A stretch of DNA of 64,000 bases from Eledone cirrhosa (GCA_964016885.1 OZ024740.1:228222001-228286000), one strand, 5' to 3'. Numbered from the stretch's first letter, positions 12,506 to 25,360 are shown. Program-made: numbers and translations. Notes: generated by a model from the sequence alone, not told the origin.

Positions 12506-12755
12506 CATACATACATACATACATACATACACACATACACACATACATACATACATACATACATAGAGTTTTCCTTCTCCAAGAATTCTGCCTTGACAAA
12601 GGCTAAGGGGTCATCTCTCCCGGTGATTTTGGATGGCCATTGACTCTTAAGAGCTCCTTTGCCCTTACATACATACATATATACATACACACATCCATAC
12701 ATACATACATACATACATACATACATACATACATACATACATACATACATACATA

Positions 12756-14656
12756 CTAACTAACAAAATGATTCAGGAAAAAACAACAAAGAATCGCAGA
12801 AACATGACTGTCATGTGACTGGACTATCAAAAAGCATTCGATAGTGTACCTCATGGGTGGATTATTAAGGCTTTACAGTTAGCTAAAGTCCCACAACCAT
12901 TGGTAGCTGCTGTTGAACGCCTGACCAAGAACTGGTACACCAATTTGATCCTTAGAGGTGAGAAGGAGCAAGTTAAGACTGATAAGATACATTACCAGAA
13001 GGGCATCTTTCAGGGTGATAGCTTGTCAGTTATACTATTCGTTCTCTCAGTGAATCCACTATCTTACCTACTCAGGAAACAAGGTGGACAAAGAAGTGGG
13101 CCCAGAAGTATCTCCCATCTTTTCTTTGTTGATGACCTGAAGTTGTATGGGCCAAATATCAATGACATCAAGAAACAATTGGACCTCATTACACAATTTT
13201 CAACAGACATCAAATGAAATTTGGTGAGTCCAAGTGTGCATATTTGGCAGTAAAACGTGGAAGAGCTGTGCCCTCCTCTAGAAATCTGGAGATAAACGGC
13301 CTGACAATACAACCTCTGCAGTCAGGTGACAACTACAGATATCTTGGACAGGATGAGAATGTCAGATATGATGGACCCATAAATAAGGAGAGAACCAGAA
13401 CTGAATACCTCAGAAGAGTAAAGAAAATATGGTCATCAGAACTGTCAGCATACAACAAATACATTGCCCACAATACTTATGCTGTGCCAATTCTAACGCC
13501 AACATTTGGCCTACTGAACTGGTCATTGCAAGAATTAAGTGAGATGGATGTTAGAACTCGAAAACTTCTCAGTGTTACTGGGAACTTTAACATCAATGGT
13601 GATGTGGATAGGCTATACTTCTCACGCAAGGAAGGTGGCCGGGGTCTAAAATCCATATTACCAACATATGAGATCCGGATAGTAACACTGAAGCAACACT
13701 TTCAACAGAGGAAAAAGGTTGGCAACCATCTTGCCCAGGTTTATGAGCATGAAAAAAGAAATATCATTAGAATAGCGACTGATCTGGAGGAGAGATATGG
13801 AATAAAGCCTGATATAAATCTCTCACCCAGAGAAATCGGAAAATCCTATTCAATGTTCAAACAAGATAAAAAAATTGACCAATTTACACAAAAAGTTGTG
13901 CATGGATACTTGAGGCGTAAAACACAGACCATAGAGGGGATAAACCACTCAAAAAGCCTGGCATGGAGTTCCGACAAGTTTATGATATCACACCTTGAGG
14001 GATATCTCTATGCAATACAGGAACAAGAACTCCCTACCAAATATCTGCTGCACAAAAGAGGAGGGCCAGCAGCTGACAATAAATGTAGGCTATGTAAAAC
14101 AAAGATCGAGGATGTAAGCCACATTGTTGCCAGCTGCGAAAGAATGTCATCTCGCTACTACCTCCCCATGAGACACGATGGGATAGCTAGAACCATCTGG
14201 AACGAACTTCGGAAAACAAAATTAACAACAAACGAGGAAGAATATATTGAGACAGATGGCACTAAGGAATACTGGTGGAACCTGAAAATAAAAACTGCCA
14301 CCAAATTAAAGCACAACCGGCCTGATATTGTAGTTTGGGACCACACATTGAAAACGTGTTCTGTTGTGGAGATCAGCTGCCCACTTGATGTAAACGTTGT
14401 CAGAAAAATACAGGAGAAGGAGGACATCTACGGACCATTGATGAGGAGTTTACAAATCCAGTATCCAAGATACACCTTTAGCTTCATACCCATCATTATT
14501 GGAGCTACGGGTTATATACCAACCCGCTTGGACCAAAGTATGACTGAAGTTGGATTTGCGGACAAAAAGCGCAGCTCCCTAATTCATAGTCTACAAATGG
14601 CTGCGATAGCTGGCACCTTCAAAATTTGCAAAACATTCTTGCGATTCAAGGGATGA
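12756..14656 (+). pseudogene. Disrupted RT-REL ORF (stop at 12816-12818, frameshift near 13214; ORF pieces 12900-13217 and 13214-14656)
   Basis: Continuous RT homology across two frames, with an in-frame TGA just before LDYQKAFD. Confidence 0.85.
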
Positions 14657-14737
14657 CAATTTCTTTTCTTTTACAACCTTGCTACCAGGAAGGTGGCCGG
14701 TCAAAAAAATATACTCGAAATTAAGAGAAAGAGAAAA
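12756..14737 (+). mobile_element. 5'-truncated non-LTR retrotransposon, R4/Dong-like (RT + CCHC + restriction-like endonuclease), flanked by (TACA)n
   Basis: Motifs LDYQKAFDSVPH, GIFQGDSLS, HLFFVDDLKLY, YRYLG, RLYFSRKEGGRGL, CRLC..EDVSHIVASC, RHD, HNRPDIVV, VVEISCP and EKEDIY. Short 3' UTR followed by (CATA)n. Confidence 0.9.
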
Positions 14738-14815
14738 CATACATACATACATACATACATACATACATACATACATACATACATACATACATACATACAT
14801 ACATACATACATACA

Positions 14816-14847
<32 letters not shown>

Positions 14848-14879
14848 CACTTACATACATGCATGCATGCGTGAATTCA

Positions 14880-15637
14880 CGTGTACATACATATGTGCGA
14901 GTGTATTTGTATGCATATATGCTTGGGTGTATGTATATATTCCTGACTCTATGTGTCTGTGCGTCGTTGTGTGTATGTGCGTCTTTGTGTGTATGTGTGT
15001 GTGTCTCTGTGTGTACATGCATCCATGTGTACATACATATATGTGCGTATATTTTTGTATGTACACATTCCTCTGTGTCTCTGTGTATGTGTGTGTCTCC
15101 TCTGTGTGTATGTGTGTGTATCTGTGTGTACATGCATCTATGTGTACATACATATATGTGCGTATATTTTTGTATGTACATATTCCTCTGTGTCTCTGTG
15201 TATGTGTGTGTGCCTCTGTGTGTATGTGCGTCTCTGTGTGTACATGCATCTATGTGTACATACATATATGTGCGTATATTTTTGTATGTACATATTCCTC
15301 TGTGTCTCTGTGTATCTCTGTGTATGTGTGTGTGTCTCTGTGTGTATGTGCGTCTCTGTGTGTATATGTGTGTGTCTCTGTGTGTATGTGCGTCTCTGTG
15401 TGTATGTGTGTGTGTCTGTGTGTATGTGCGTCTCTGTGTGTACATGTATCTATGTGTACATACATATATGTGCGCATATTTCTGTGTATATATTCCTGTG
15501 TGTCTCTGTGTATGTGTGTGTGTCTCTGTGTATGTGTGTGCGTCTGTGTGTATGTGCATGTATCTATGTGTACATACATATATGTGCATATATTTCTGTG
15601 TATATATTCCTGTGTGTCTCTGTGTATATATATGTGT
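14880..15637. repeat. TG/TA-derived minisatellite downstream of the LINE (inverted homolog at 16830-17700)
   Basis: Recurring GTACATGCATCTATGTGTACATACATATATGTGCGTATATTT...ATTCCT units. Confidence 0.85.
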
Positions 15638-15950
15638 CTTACGCCCCCCAAAGCCATAGATATGGTCCTCGGACCGAATGGTACGTTGAGCTCTTTAGCA
15701 TGGGAGGCGATTTTACGCTGTTTCAATCTACTCAACTGAAAATGAAGTACCAAGCAACCAGTTGTGACTAACCTTCCAATGGACTGACGTCGTCTCCAGG
15801 AGAGAAACTTGTACTGCTGCTCACTTAACACCACATGAAACCGGAAGAAGCTCTGGCCTGCTCGTCTAGCCCATGCTAGCATAGAGGAACGGAATTATAA
15901 TGATGATAATCGTCCTGCTCATGATCATGATGATCATCATTATCGTCGTC

Positions 15951-16141
15951 GTGGATTGGCAGTATCGGTGGAGGGTTGGGACGCCATGTTTTCTAGCATA
16001 GTTACGTCCCTTTACGGTCTGAGTTCAAATCCCGTCGAGGTTAACTTTGCCTTTCATCCTTACGGGGGTCGATAAAATAAAGTACCAGTAATGTACTGGG
16101 GTAATCTGCTGGCTGGCCTTGTGCCAAAAGTAGAAACAATT
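15951..16141 (+). mobile_element. SINE family A followed by a (CAT)n/(CAC)n tract
   Basis: Box A/B and core present, flanked by ATTATCGTCGTCG direct repeats. Confidence 0.85.
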
Positions 16142-16204
16142 ATTATCGTCGTCGTCGCCGTCATTGTCACCATCATCGCCATCACCACCACCATCATCCT
16201 TATC

Positions 16205-16284
<80 letters not shown>

Positions 16285-16324
16285 TCACACCATCCTCATC
16301 ATCATCATGACCACCACCACCACC

Positions 16325-16356
<32 letters not shown>

Positions 16357-17695
16357 CAAAAGCATTGTGGAAATAAATTGGAACATGTTTAGATTGCTTG
16401 TATTGAGAAGTAAACTTTACCCTAACCCCAAACAACACACATTGCATTATAAAGAACAGAAGCCTTAATTTTCAGTGTGTAGTCATTTTAGATATTTCCA
16501 AAGTTTGAAGATAGATAGAGCGGCAGTTTGAAATATTTTTCAAAAGATATCGAAGATATTCCTAAATGGAAATGTTTGTTTTAGTTTTACTGGAGGTTAT
16601 TTAACATGTGTAAGAATTGGAATTGAAATAAAAAGGATGTTTGATCACTTTTATAGCCTAAAGTTCAATGGAACTGTTTACTTTTATCAGCGGGGTTGAT
16701 GAAATTTCTTATCAACTGACGAAGATGTTCTTTATCGCGGTAATGGTAAAGTCCTTATAAAGAGAGCAATGGAATCCATTAGAAAAGCTCGGACACATAC
16801 CTACGTATGGATATAAAAACTTACACGAACATGCATACACACAGACAGACACTCAGGAATATATACATACAAATATATGTACATATATGTATGTACACAT
16901 AGATGTATGTACACATAGACACACACATATACAGACACAGGGATACTCAGGAATATATACATACAAATATATGTAAACATATGTATGTACACATAGATGT
17001 ATGTACACATAGACACACACACATACATACACAGGGATACTCAGGAATATATACATACAAATATATGTATACATATGTATGTACACATAGATGTATGTAC
17101 ACATAGATGTATATACACATAGACACACATATATATACAGACAGCGACACACACACACACATACACAGAGACACTCAGGAATATATACACACAAATATAT
17201 GTACACATATGTATGTACACATAGATGTATGTACACATAGATGTATATACACATAGACACACATATACAGACAGCGACACACACACATACATACACAGGG
17301 ATACTCAGGAATATATACATACAAATATATGTACATATATGTATGTACACATAGATGTATGTACACATAGATGTATGTACACAGAGACACACACATATAC
17401 AGACAGCGACACACACATACACACAGAGAGACACTCAGGAATATATACATACAAATACATACGTACATATGTATGTACACATGGATTCCATTGCTCTCTT
17501 TATAAGGACTTTACCATTACACATACACACATACACACATACACACATACACACATACACACAGTGAGACACATACACATAGAGATACACATACACACAC
17601 AGAAACACAGACACATAGAGCCAGGAATATATACATACACCCAAGCATATACACATAAAAATACATGCGCACATATGTATGTATATATGTAAGTG

Positions 17696-17727
<32 letters not shown>

Positions 17728-17800
17728 TGTATGTATGTATGTATGTATGTATGTATGTATGTATGTATGTATGTATGTATGTATGCATGTATGTATGTAT

Positions 17801-18085
17801 ATCTCTTTCTCTTAATTTCGAGTATATTTTTGTGACCGGCCACCTTCCTGGTGGCACGGTTGTAAACGAAAAGAAATTGTCATCCCTTGAATCGCAAGAA
17901 TGTTTTGCAAATTTTGAAGGTGCCAGCTATCGCAGCCATCTGTAGACTATGAATTAGGGAGCTGCGTTCTTTGTCCGCAAATCCAAGTTCAGTCATACTT
18001 TGGTCCAAGCGGGTTGGTATATAACCCGTAGCTCCAATAATGATGGGTATGAAGCTAAAGGTGTATCTTGGATACTGGATTTGTA
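17801..18085 (-). mobile_element. 3' end of a second R4/Dong-like copy
   Basis: Encodes QIQYPRYTFSFIPIIIGATG...KTFLRFKG*, nearly identical to 14453-14737. (TATG)n on both sides. Confidence 0.9.
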
Positions 18086-18097
18086 TGTATGTATGTA

Positions 18098-19690
18098 CAG
18101 CTCCAGGAGAAGTGCATTGAACAGGGCTTGGATCTGTATCAGGTTTTTGTCGATCTGACAAAGGCTTTCGATACTGTCAACAGAGATGCATTATGGAAGG
18201 TTCTCCAGAAACTTGGTTGCCCTGATAAGTTCCTTGCTTTAGTTAGGTCTTTCCATGACGACATGAAGGCTTGGGTTAATGTCGGAGGTAACATGTCGGA
18301 GCCTATCTCAGTAAAAAATGGAGTGAAACAGGGGGATATTCCAGCACCGACCCTGTTTGCCATATACTTTGCAATGGTTTTCTGTATTGCATTCAGGAAT
18401 TGCGAGCATGGTGTTTACATCCGATATCGAACCTCAGGCAGCATATTTAACATCAGGCGCTTTGCTGCGAAGACAAAAGTATTTACATCAGTCATAAGAG
18501 ACCTCTTGTATGCAGATGATTGCGATCTTGTAGCGCACACAGAGAGTGATATGCAGCACATTTTGAATGTATTTTCTGACGCTTGCACTGCCCTGGGTTT
18601 GACTGTCAGTCTCAAGAAAACCGTCGTCATGTACCAACCTGCCCCTGGTAAGCAGTACACTGAACCAAACATCTATGTGTATGGCAAACGACTTGGAGTG
18701 GTTGATCAGTTTGTCTACCTGGGAAGCACTGTCAATCGATACGGCAACCTTGACAGTGAAATCTCACTTAGGATTAGGAAAGCAAGTGATGCTTTCGGAA
18801 AGCTAGAAAGGCGACTCTGGGGTCGGCGAGACATATGCAGGAGGACAAAGGTAAAGGTGTACAGGGCATGTGTACTCTCTTGTCTTCTTTATGCCTGCGA
18901 GACCTGGGTCACATATCGACGCCACCTTAAGCAATTGGAGCGTTTCCATCAGATGTGTCTCAGACGGATCCATGGCGTTCACTGGAGGGACCACATCAGT
19001 GATGTCGAGATTTTGGAAAGCTCTATGTGTGACAGTATAGAAGCTCTTGTGCTTAAGCAGCGACTCCGTTGGAGTGGTCACCTTGCCAGGATGAAGGATT
19101 CTAGAATACCAAAACAACTCTTCTATGGAGAGTTGGTTAAAGGAAAACGACCGCCACATAAACCAAAAAAGAGGTATAAGGATTCCTTGAAAGCCTCTCT
19201 GAAAGACGCTAACTTCTCTGCTGATACATGGGAAAATATTGCTGCTGATCGTAATAAATTGAGAAAGACTGTATATGAGGGAAAAGTTGCCTTTGAGGCA
19301 TCTCGAATCGCACACGAGAAAGTAAAGCGGGACGTGAGGAAGGGCATTGCTGTTGCACTTCCAGACGGCGAGGGTCCTCCTATGGTTCTGACATGCAGCG
19401 TCTGTGCGAGACTCTGCCTAAGCAAAGCTGGACTCGAAAGTCATCTTCGCAGTCATAAAGTAAGACCAGTGGTTGACTACCAGGCTGCTGTTGGAGATGC
19501 TACTCATCATGCTTGCCAAACATGTGGTAGAGAATGTAAATCAGCAGGAGGACTCAAGCGACATGCAAAAGTACACGAACTCCAACCACAGCCGACTATT
19601 CCCAGTAAATGTTTTGGTTGCCGACTCTGTGCAAGACATTTTAGATCATTGGCTGGGCTAAAAAGCCACATTCGATCGCAGCACTGTTAG
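18098..19690 (+). CDS. RTE reverse transcriptase (partial, no APE domain) with three C-terminal C2H2 zinc fingers
   Basis: FVDLTKAFDTV, GVKQGDIPAPTLF, LLYADD, FVYLGS, RLRWSGHLARM; fingers CSVC..HLRSH, CQTC..HAKVH and CRLC..HIRSQH. Uninterrupted to the stop. The ORF-track start at 18068 is an artefact of flanking sequence. Confidence 0.9.
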   Translation, partial: QLQEKCIEQGLDLYQVFVDLTKAFDTVNRDALWKVLQKLGCPDKFLALVRSFHDDMKAWVNVGGNMSEPISVKNGVKQGDIPAPTLFAIYFAMVFCIAFRNCEHGVYIRYRTSGSIFNIRRFAAKTKVFTSVIRDLLYADDCDLVAHTESDMQHILNVFSDACTALGLTVSLKKTVVMYQPAPGKQYTEPNIYVYGKRLGVVDQFVYLGSTVNRYGNLDSEISLRIRKASDAFGKLERRLWGRRDICRRTKVKVYRACVLSCLLYACETWVTYRRHLKQLERFHQMCLRRIHGVHWRDHISDVEILESSMCDSIEALVLKQRLRWSGHLARMKDSRIPKQLFYGELVKGKRPPHKPKKRYKDSLKASLKDANFSADTWENIAADRNKLRKTVYEGKVAFEASRIAHEKVKRDVRKGIAVALPDGEGPPMVLTCSVCARLCLSKAGLESHLRSHKVRPVVDYQAAVGDATHHACQTCGRECKSAGGLKRHAKVHELQPQPTIPSKCFGCRLCARHFRSLAGLKSHIRSQHC

Positions 19691-19696
19691 TTGCTA

Positions 19697-19762
<66 letters not shown>

Positions 19763-19997
19763 GCTTATGTGCGTGCGTGTGTGTGTATATATATATGAAT
19801 ATGTATATTATTATTGTTGTTGTCGTTATTATTATTATTGCTATTATTATTATTATTATTATTATTGTTATTAATGTATGTGTGTATATATGTGTGAGTG
19901 TATGTGTATGTATGTGTGTGTATATATGTATGTATGTATATGTATGTGTGTGTATGTGTATATATATATATATCTTTTCCCTTTTTTTTTTTTTTAA

Positions 19998-20029
<32 letters not shown>

Positions 20030-20043
20030 TTTTTTTTTTAAAT

Positions 20044-20078
<35 letters not shown>

Positions 20079-20147
20079 TTTTTTTCTTTTTTTTTCTTGT
20101 GCAATGGCCATACTCGATAACGAGGGGGCAGCCATCATCATCATCAT
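18098..20147 (+). mobile_element. 5'-truncated RTE (BovB-like) LINE with microsatellite-expanded 3' UTR and (CAT)n tail
   Basis: Starts at QLQEKCIEQ. 3' end is GGCCATACTCGATAACGAGGGGGCAGC(CAT)5. GTATGTATGTATGTA on both sides (18083-18097 and 20148-20162). Confidence 0.9.
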
Positions 20148-21185
20148 GTATGTATGTATGTATGGTTGTATGTATGTACATTTGCATGCATGTATGTATG
20201 TATGTACAATTGCATGTATGTATGTATGTATGTATGTATGTATGTATGTATGTATGTATGCATAATTTCACAAATGTTTGCCAATAGAGAGTCGGTTTCT
20301 AACATAGTTACAAGACTCTCTCATTGGAATGTACACATCAACTAGGTAGATATATATGCATATCTGCATGCGTGCGTGTGTGTGTGTGCAGGTATGGATG
20401 TTATTGTATGTGTGGATGTTATGTTTTGAGTTGTATGTGTGCATGTGCATATGCATGTGTACATGCAGTTATTAGATGCAAAATTTTTGAATGTTTTACA
20501 TGTATGTATGTATGTATGTATGTATGTATGTATGTATGTATGTATGTATGTATGTATGGTTGCATGTATGTATGCACTGTGGTCGATGCTTCCTCTATAT
20601 CTATTTCTCCCTGTCAACCTTAAAATGACCAAGAAATGCCATATACCACCACGGCACCTACGATTCCACCAGGACCAAAGAGACAAGAGACGACGATGGA
20701 TTAGCAGAACTGGAAGATCATCGAATAAAATATCATTGTCGTATTTGTTCTGACTCTTTACATTATGAGTTCAAATCCCAGCGAGCTCAACTTTGCCTTT
20801 CATTCTTCTGGGATGAATAAAACAAAGTAGTTAAGTAATGGGGCTGATTTGATCAACTTTGTCCCCGCGCCCGAAATTTGCTGGCCTTGTGCCTAAATTA
20901 TGAATCAATATTGGTTTCTAGTATAAATTATTTCCTAAGCTATTTCTACTACAGCTGCTAGATTATATCATGTTCATATAGTATATTGTACTTAAAATTC
21001 TACAATATATAAATCCTACTTCTGTCTTTCAATTTCTACGCATTACTCAATATTTAAAATGTTTACTAAAACTTTTTACATGCATTTTCTTTTGAGGGGC
21101 TTAATAAAGTTACATTAATTACATTAATACCAAAATGGAGTGTGTCGTAATCAGACACAATTTGTCTAGTTTTTATTTTCTATAT

Positions 21186-21475
21186 GAGGCATGGGCAACC
21201 TTTTTTGAGAAGCGAGCCGCCTGAGATTTGGCTCATCATCAGACGGGCCGCAAGTGCTAATTTACATTCATGACCACATTAAAAAAAGAGCAGTAACTCA
21301 GGCTGTTTTGATTTGTTTCTTCAGAATTCGTACACGTTGTTCTCTTCGATCGTAAAAATGATAGAAAGATAAATTACGACTGAAAAGTTGGGGTGAAAAA
21401 ATCAGAAAGATTTCACTTAGGTGACTTAGGGGAACCATTCAGAAAGCATCGAGGGCCGCGGGTTGCCCATGACTA
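21186..21475. mobile_element. hAT (Buster/Charlie-type) MITE
   Basis: TIR GAGGCATGGGCAACC / GGTTGCCCATGACTA; 8-bp TSD TTCTATAT/CTCTATAT with central TA. Confidence 0.8.
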
Positions 21476-22119
21476 CTCTATATAATCAAAACAAATCTAT
21501 TAACCTAATTAAAGATTACTCGACCAATAACTACTAACTACTGCTGTCACTCGTAATCAAGGTTGACTAAGTAATATGTACCATGCTTTCGCTAAGTGTT
21601 TCAAGTAGCTATTACAGTCAGGAGCAGACACTCTCTCAACCATTGATTCAGATGAACTTCCAGGGATGTGACAGGGGGGGGAATAGAAAAGGGCTGCACC
21701 AACACTGAGCTGGTATTTCTTTATTGACTCCGAAAGGATGTGAAGGCGAAGGTGACCTCGCTGGGGCTGGAACTTAGAGAACGCAGAGGCCCGCAAAAAA
21801 TACCTAACACTTTAACGACCATCTGACTGGACCAATAAAAACAATAATAAAAACAACAACAAGAAAAAAAACAAAAAACGAAACGAAACAAAAACGATTT
21901 CTGCCTTGCTATATAACATTCCAGAAGCTAATTGAATCAATAAGGTTGGTTGTATCGAGCTCTTTCTAACACAGACCTTAGTCTTTCCAAATTCTGTTGT
22001 ATTTATTCCCTTTTATATATTCTTCCAATAATCAACCTAATTCTCTCTCTGACTTGTAATTATTCCTAACTCTCCACATCCCAGCTAACAACATCTCACT
22101 ATATCTTTTGATGAGAGAG

Positions 22120-22160
<41 letters not shown>

Positions 22161-22186
22161 GAGAGAGAGAGAGAGAGAGAGAAAGG

Positions 22187-22228
<42 letters not shown>

Positions 22229-22234
22229 GAGAAA

Positions 22235-22294
<60 letters not shown>

Positions 22295-22829
22295 AAGAGA
22301 GAGAGAGAATTCTACGCTTCACATTAGAGTACTGCTTGTATATCTGGGACGGTGTAGTTAACACGCACACACACCCACACATAAATACACTAACACACAA
22401 AGACTCACACACACTCTCCATTCTAGACTACTGCATGCCATATAAGGTTATCTGTCGGAATGGCAAACCTCCATTCATAAACATACTACAACAAGCACTA
22501 ACCGCTCAATGCACTGAATTCTACAGCTGTCTCTATCGCTCATCTGAGCTATGTATGTATGATAGTCAGGTAATAACAATAATCATTGCTACTGCCCAAT
22601 CTCACCTGGCGTATATCTCTATCTACCTTCTTCTTTCAACATAACTGCTGTCGCTAGCTTCACAAACCTCCGTCTGATCTTTTCTTTCCGTATTTCAAAC
22701 CTCTCGGCTTCCCTCATTACCTGTGTCTACTTTACAACTATTTATAGGCAATGGCTGTTTTATTTCAGCTAAAAAATAATTTACGATTTTTGTGGCTGGG
22801 TCACATACTTATCGAATTAATTAAAAACA

Positions 22830-22862
<33 letters not shown>

Positions 22863-23140
22863 AGTGGGTGTTGTTAGATAAAAATATTTTTAGTTTTTCA
22901 ACTTTTTTTTCTACATAATACACACTTTATACGGTGTAAATGGCAAAAACTAAGAACAATTTATTTGACAGCATAACAGGAAGAAAACTAAAATATTTCA
23001 GACATTATTATAAATTAATCAAACAGATAAAAAGAAAGCAGCATTGGAAATGGCATAAGTGAGAGAAAAAGGAGGGAAAGAGCAAGGACTATTAGGCAAA
23101 GAAAGAAAGAGTGATGGGGAGAGGGTAACAGAGTCTACAC

Positions 23141-23431
23141 CAGGGGGGGGGGGGGCATTGAGAAGGTCCAGTGGGCAGTGGCGGATGGTAAAGATGATAT
23201 AATAGTATATTAAATATTAAATGATACATATTATATATAAATATAGTAAAATAAAAAAATATATAATATTTATTTATTCATAGCATATATATTATTTAAC
23301 GATTTTAAATATTATATGTTATTTACAATTTACATGTAGGCAGGTCTCTCTGGAAATAGGGGGGGGGGGGGGGCACTGAAGGTATTACGTGGCCGTGAGG
23401 GGGCGGTGGCCGAAAAGTTTGAGAACCTTTG
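23141..23431. mobile_element. hAT MITE with eroded left TIR
   Basis: Exact 8-bp TSD GTCTACAC at 23133-23140 and 23432-23439. Right end AAGTTTGAGAACCTTTG, left end CAGGGG. Confidence 0.65.
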
Positions 23432-23524
23432 GTCTACACCAAGCCCGGAGGGGTGTTTCGCCTGCGCCCCACGGATAAAATGGCAAAGGAAATAATTCAT
23501 CATGTTACATTTATTTTAATATTA

Positions 23525-23730
23525 TTGATTTCTAATTTAAGCACAAGGCCAGCAAATTTGGTGGAAGAACAAAGCTGATTAAATCAACCCCAGTACTTGA
23601 TTGGTACTTTATTTTATCGACCCCCGAAGGATTTAAAAGTAAAGTTAACATTAGCGGGATTTGAATTCAGAATGTAAAGAACGAGAACAAATACCACAAT
23701 GGCATTTTATCCGACGCTCTACCAATTCTG
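23525..23730 (-). mobile_element. SINE family A
   Basis: Reverse-complement core and box B. Confidence 0.8.
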
Positions 23731-24594
23731 GTATTTCAACACATTATTAAAAATATACGCTGGTTGTTCACTATATCTCTACATCTAGAGTTGTTGTTGT
23801 TGTAGTTTAAACCCAGTTCAGCACTAAAATTTAGCAGAGCGGTTATGTTCCAACCGCGACCATCATCATTTTTTCCCCAGATACGATGTGTCTGTGACGA
23901 CATAATCCAATATCTTTGTTTGTTTTCGATTGAAAGATGGTTCAGTGTGGTTTGATTTGAAAGAGATTTAGCTGCTGTTTTTAGCAAGTCGAGAGGTTCT
24001 CTCCCTTGTTCAATCTATTTTACAACTTTAATACTACAATGTTTTTTTTACGTCAATTGTCTGGTTCATTTATTCATGTCAAATCTGCTTACGGAGAGAT
24101 TATATAGGCGTTTGTTTATATTTGTCTGGTGTATCCCATTACACACGCAGTGTCGGCTATAACTTGTACTACTACTATAGATTAACTCTTCTTTTAGTGT
24201 TTAGTCAGAGAAGGAAAAACAGTATCCACAACTTTTTTCAAGGTTCCCCAGGTGGACGCAGGTGAGGGAGGGAGGGGTGGGTGGGTGGGTTAAAAGGTAA
24301 GTTTAAACCGGAGACTTGTTCCTTGCAAAAGAAAAAGAAAAACAAAAAGACCCAACTAAAGGTACGAAGGTACCTAAGGACCATATGGTGGTGTTAAATC
24401 TGACGATGGATTAAGTCGACTACTTAAGTAGGAGACGGTGGGATTTGAACTCAGAACGCCCAAAGAGTCAGAACAAATACCACAAGGCTTTTCCTCCGAC
24501 ACTAATAGATTATTTTATCAACCCCGAGAAGATGTACACTTACAGCATGGTCAGCAGGGGTGTTTTATATTTGGTAGATAACCGAGGGTGATGA

Positions 24595-24810
24595 ATGAAT
24601 TGGCAATGTCCGTAGAACGTCGAACAACCTGCTTTGCGGCACATAATTACGGTCATGTATGTTATGAGTTCAAATCCCGCTGAGGTTAGCTTTGTCTTTC
24701 ATCCTTAAAGGGTCGATAAAATAAAGCACCAGTAATATACTGGGGTCAATTTAATCAACTTTCCCTTCCTCTAAAATTGCTGGCATAGTACCTAAATTAG
24801 AAACCATATT
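24595..24810 (+). mobile_element. SINE family A
   Basis: TGGCAATGTCCG box A-like sequence, GAGTTCAAATCC, core and tail CCTAAATTAGAAAC. Confidence 0.8.
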
Positions 24811-25185
24811 TGGTAGATAACTTATTGGTTTGAAGTTGGCATAGTGACAGGAAGCGCAGATTACTTGGCTAAATGCCTGAGGACTACTAAGTAACCCCTT
24901 TTTTTTTTTACGTTTTGAGTTCAAATTCAACCGAGGTTGATTTCAACTTTTATTCCGCTATACGTGCCAACCATATACTGGTTTTCTTCTACCGTTTAGT
25001 CAACCATCTTGGAATGGTTGTGCTCCTTCTCTTCTCTTTTATAGAAGAACTCTAGAGACCACAACTCGTTACTCGGATTGAGTGCTGTACCAGCTTTGGA
25101 TATTTATTCCGAAATTCAGATATACTACACACACACACACACACACACACATACACACACACACACACACACACATACACACACG

Positions 25186-25220
<35 letters not shown>

Positions 25221-25318
25221 TGGTCAGGGTTCTTATGTTTAAGTTGCTTGAGGTTTTATATATCCCTAGAGAACGATATTTTATCAACCCGTCAGTGAAA
25301 TGTATAAGATATTCTCTC

Positions 25319-25360
<42 letters not shown>

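Noticed and set aside
12142-12665. Minus-strand open frame across the interrupted unique segment
   Set aside because: No recognisable protein family and bounded by microsatellites; left unassigned.
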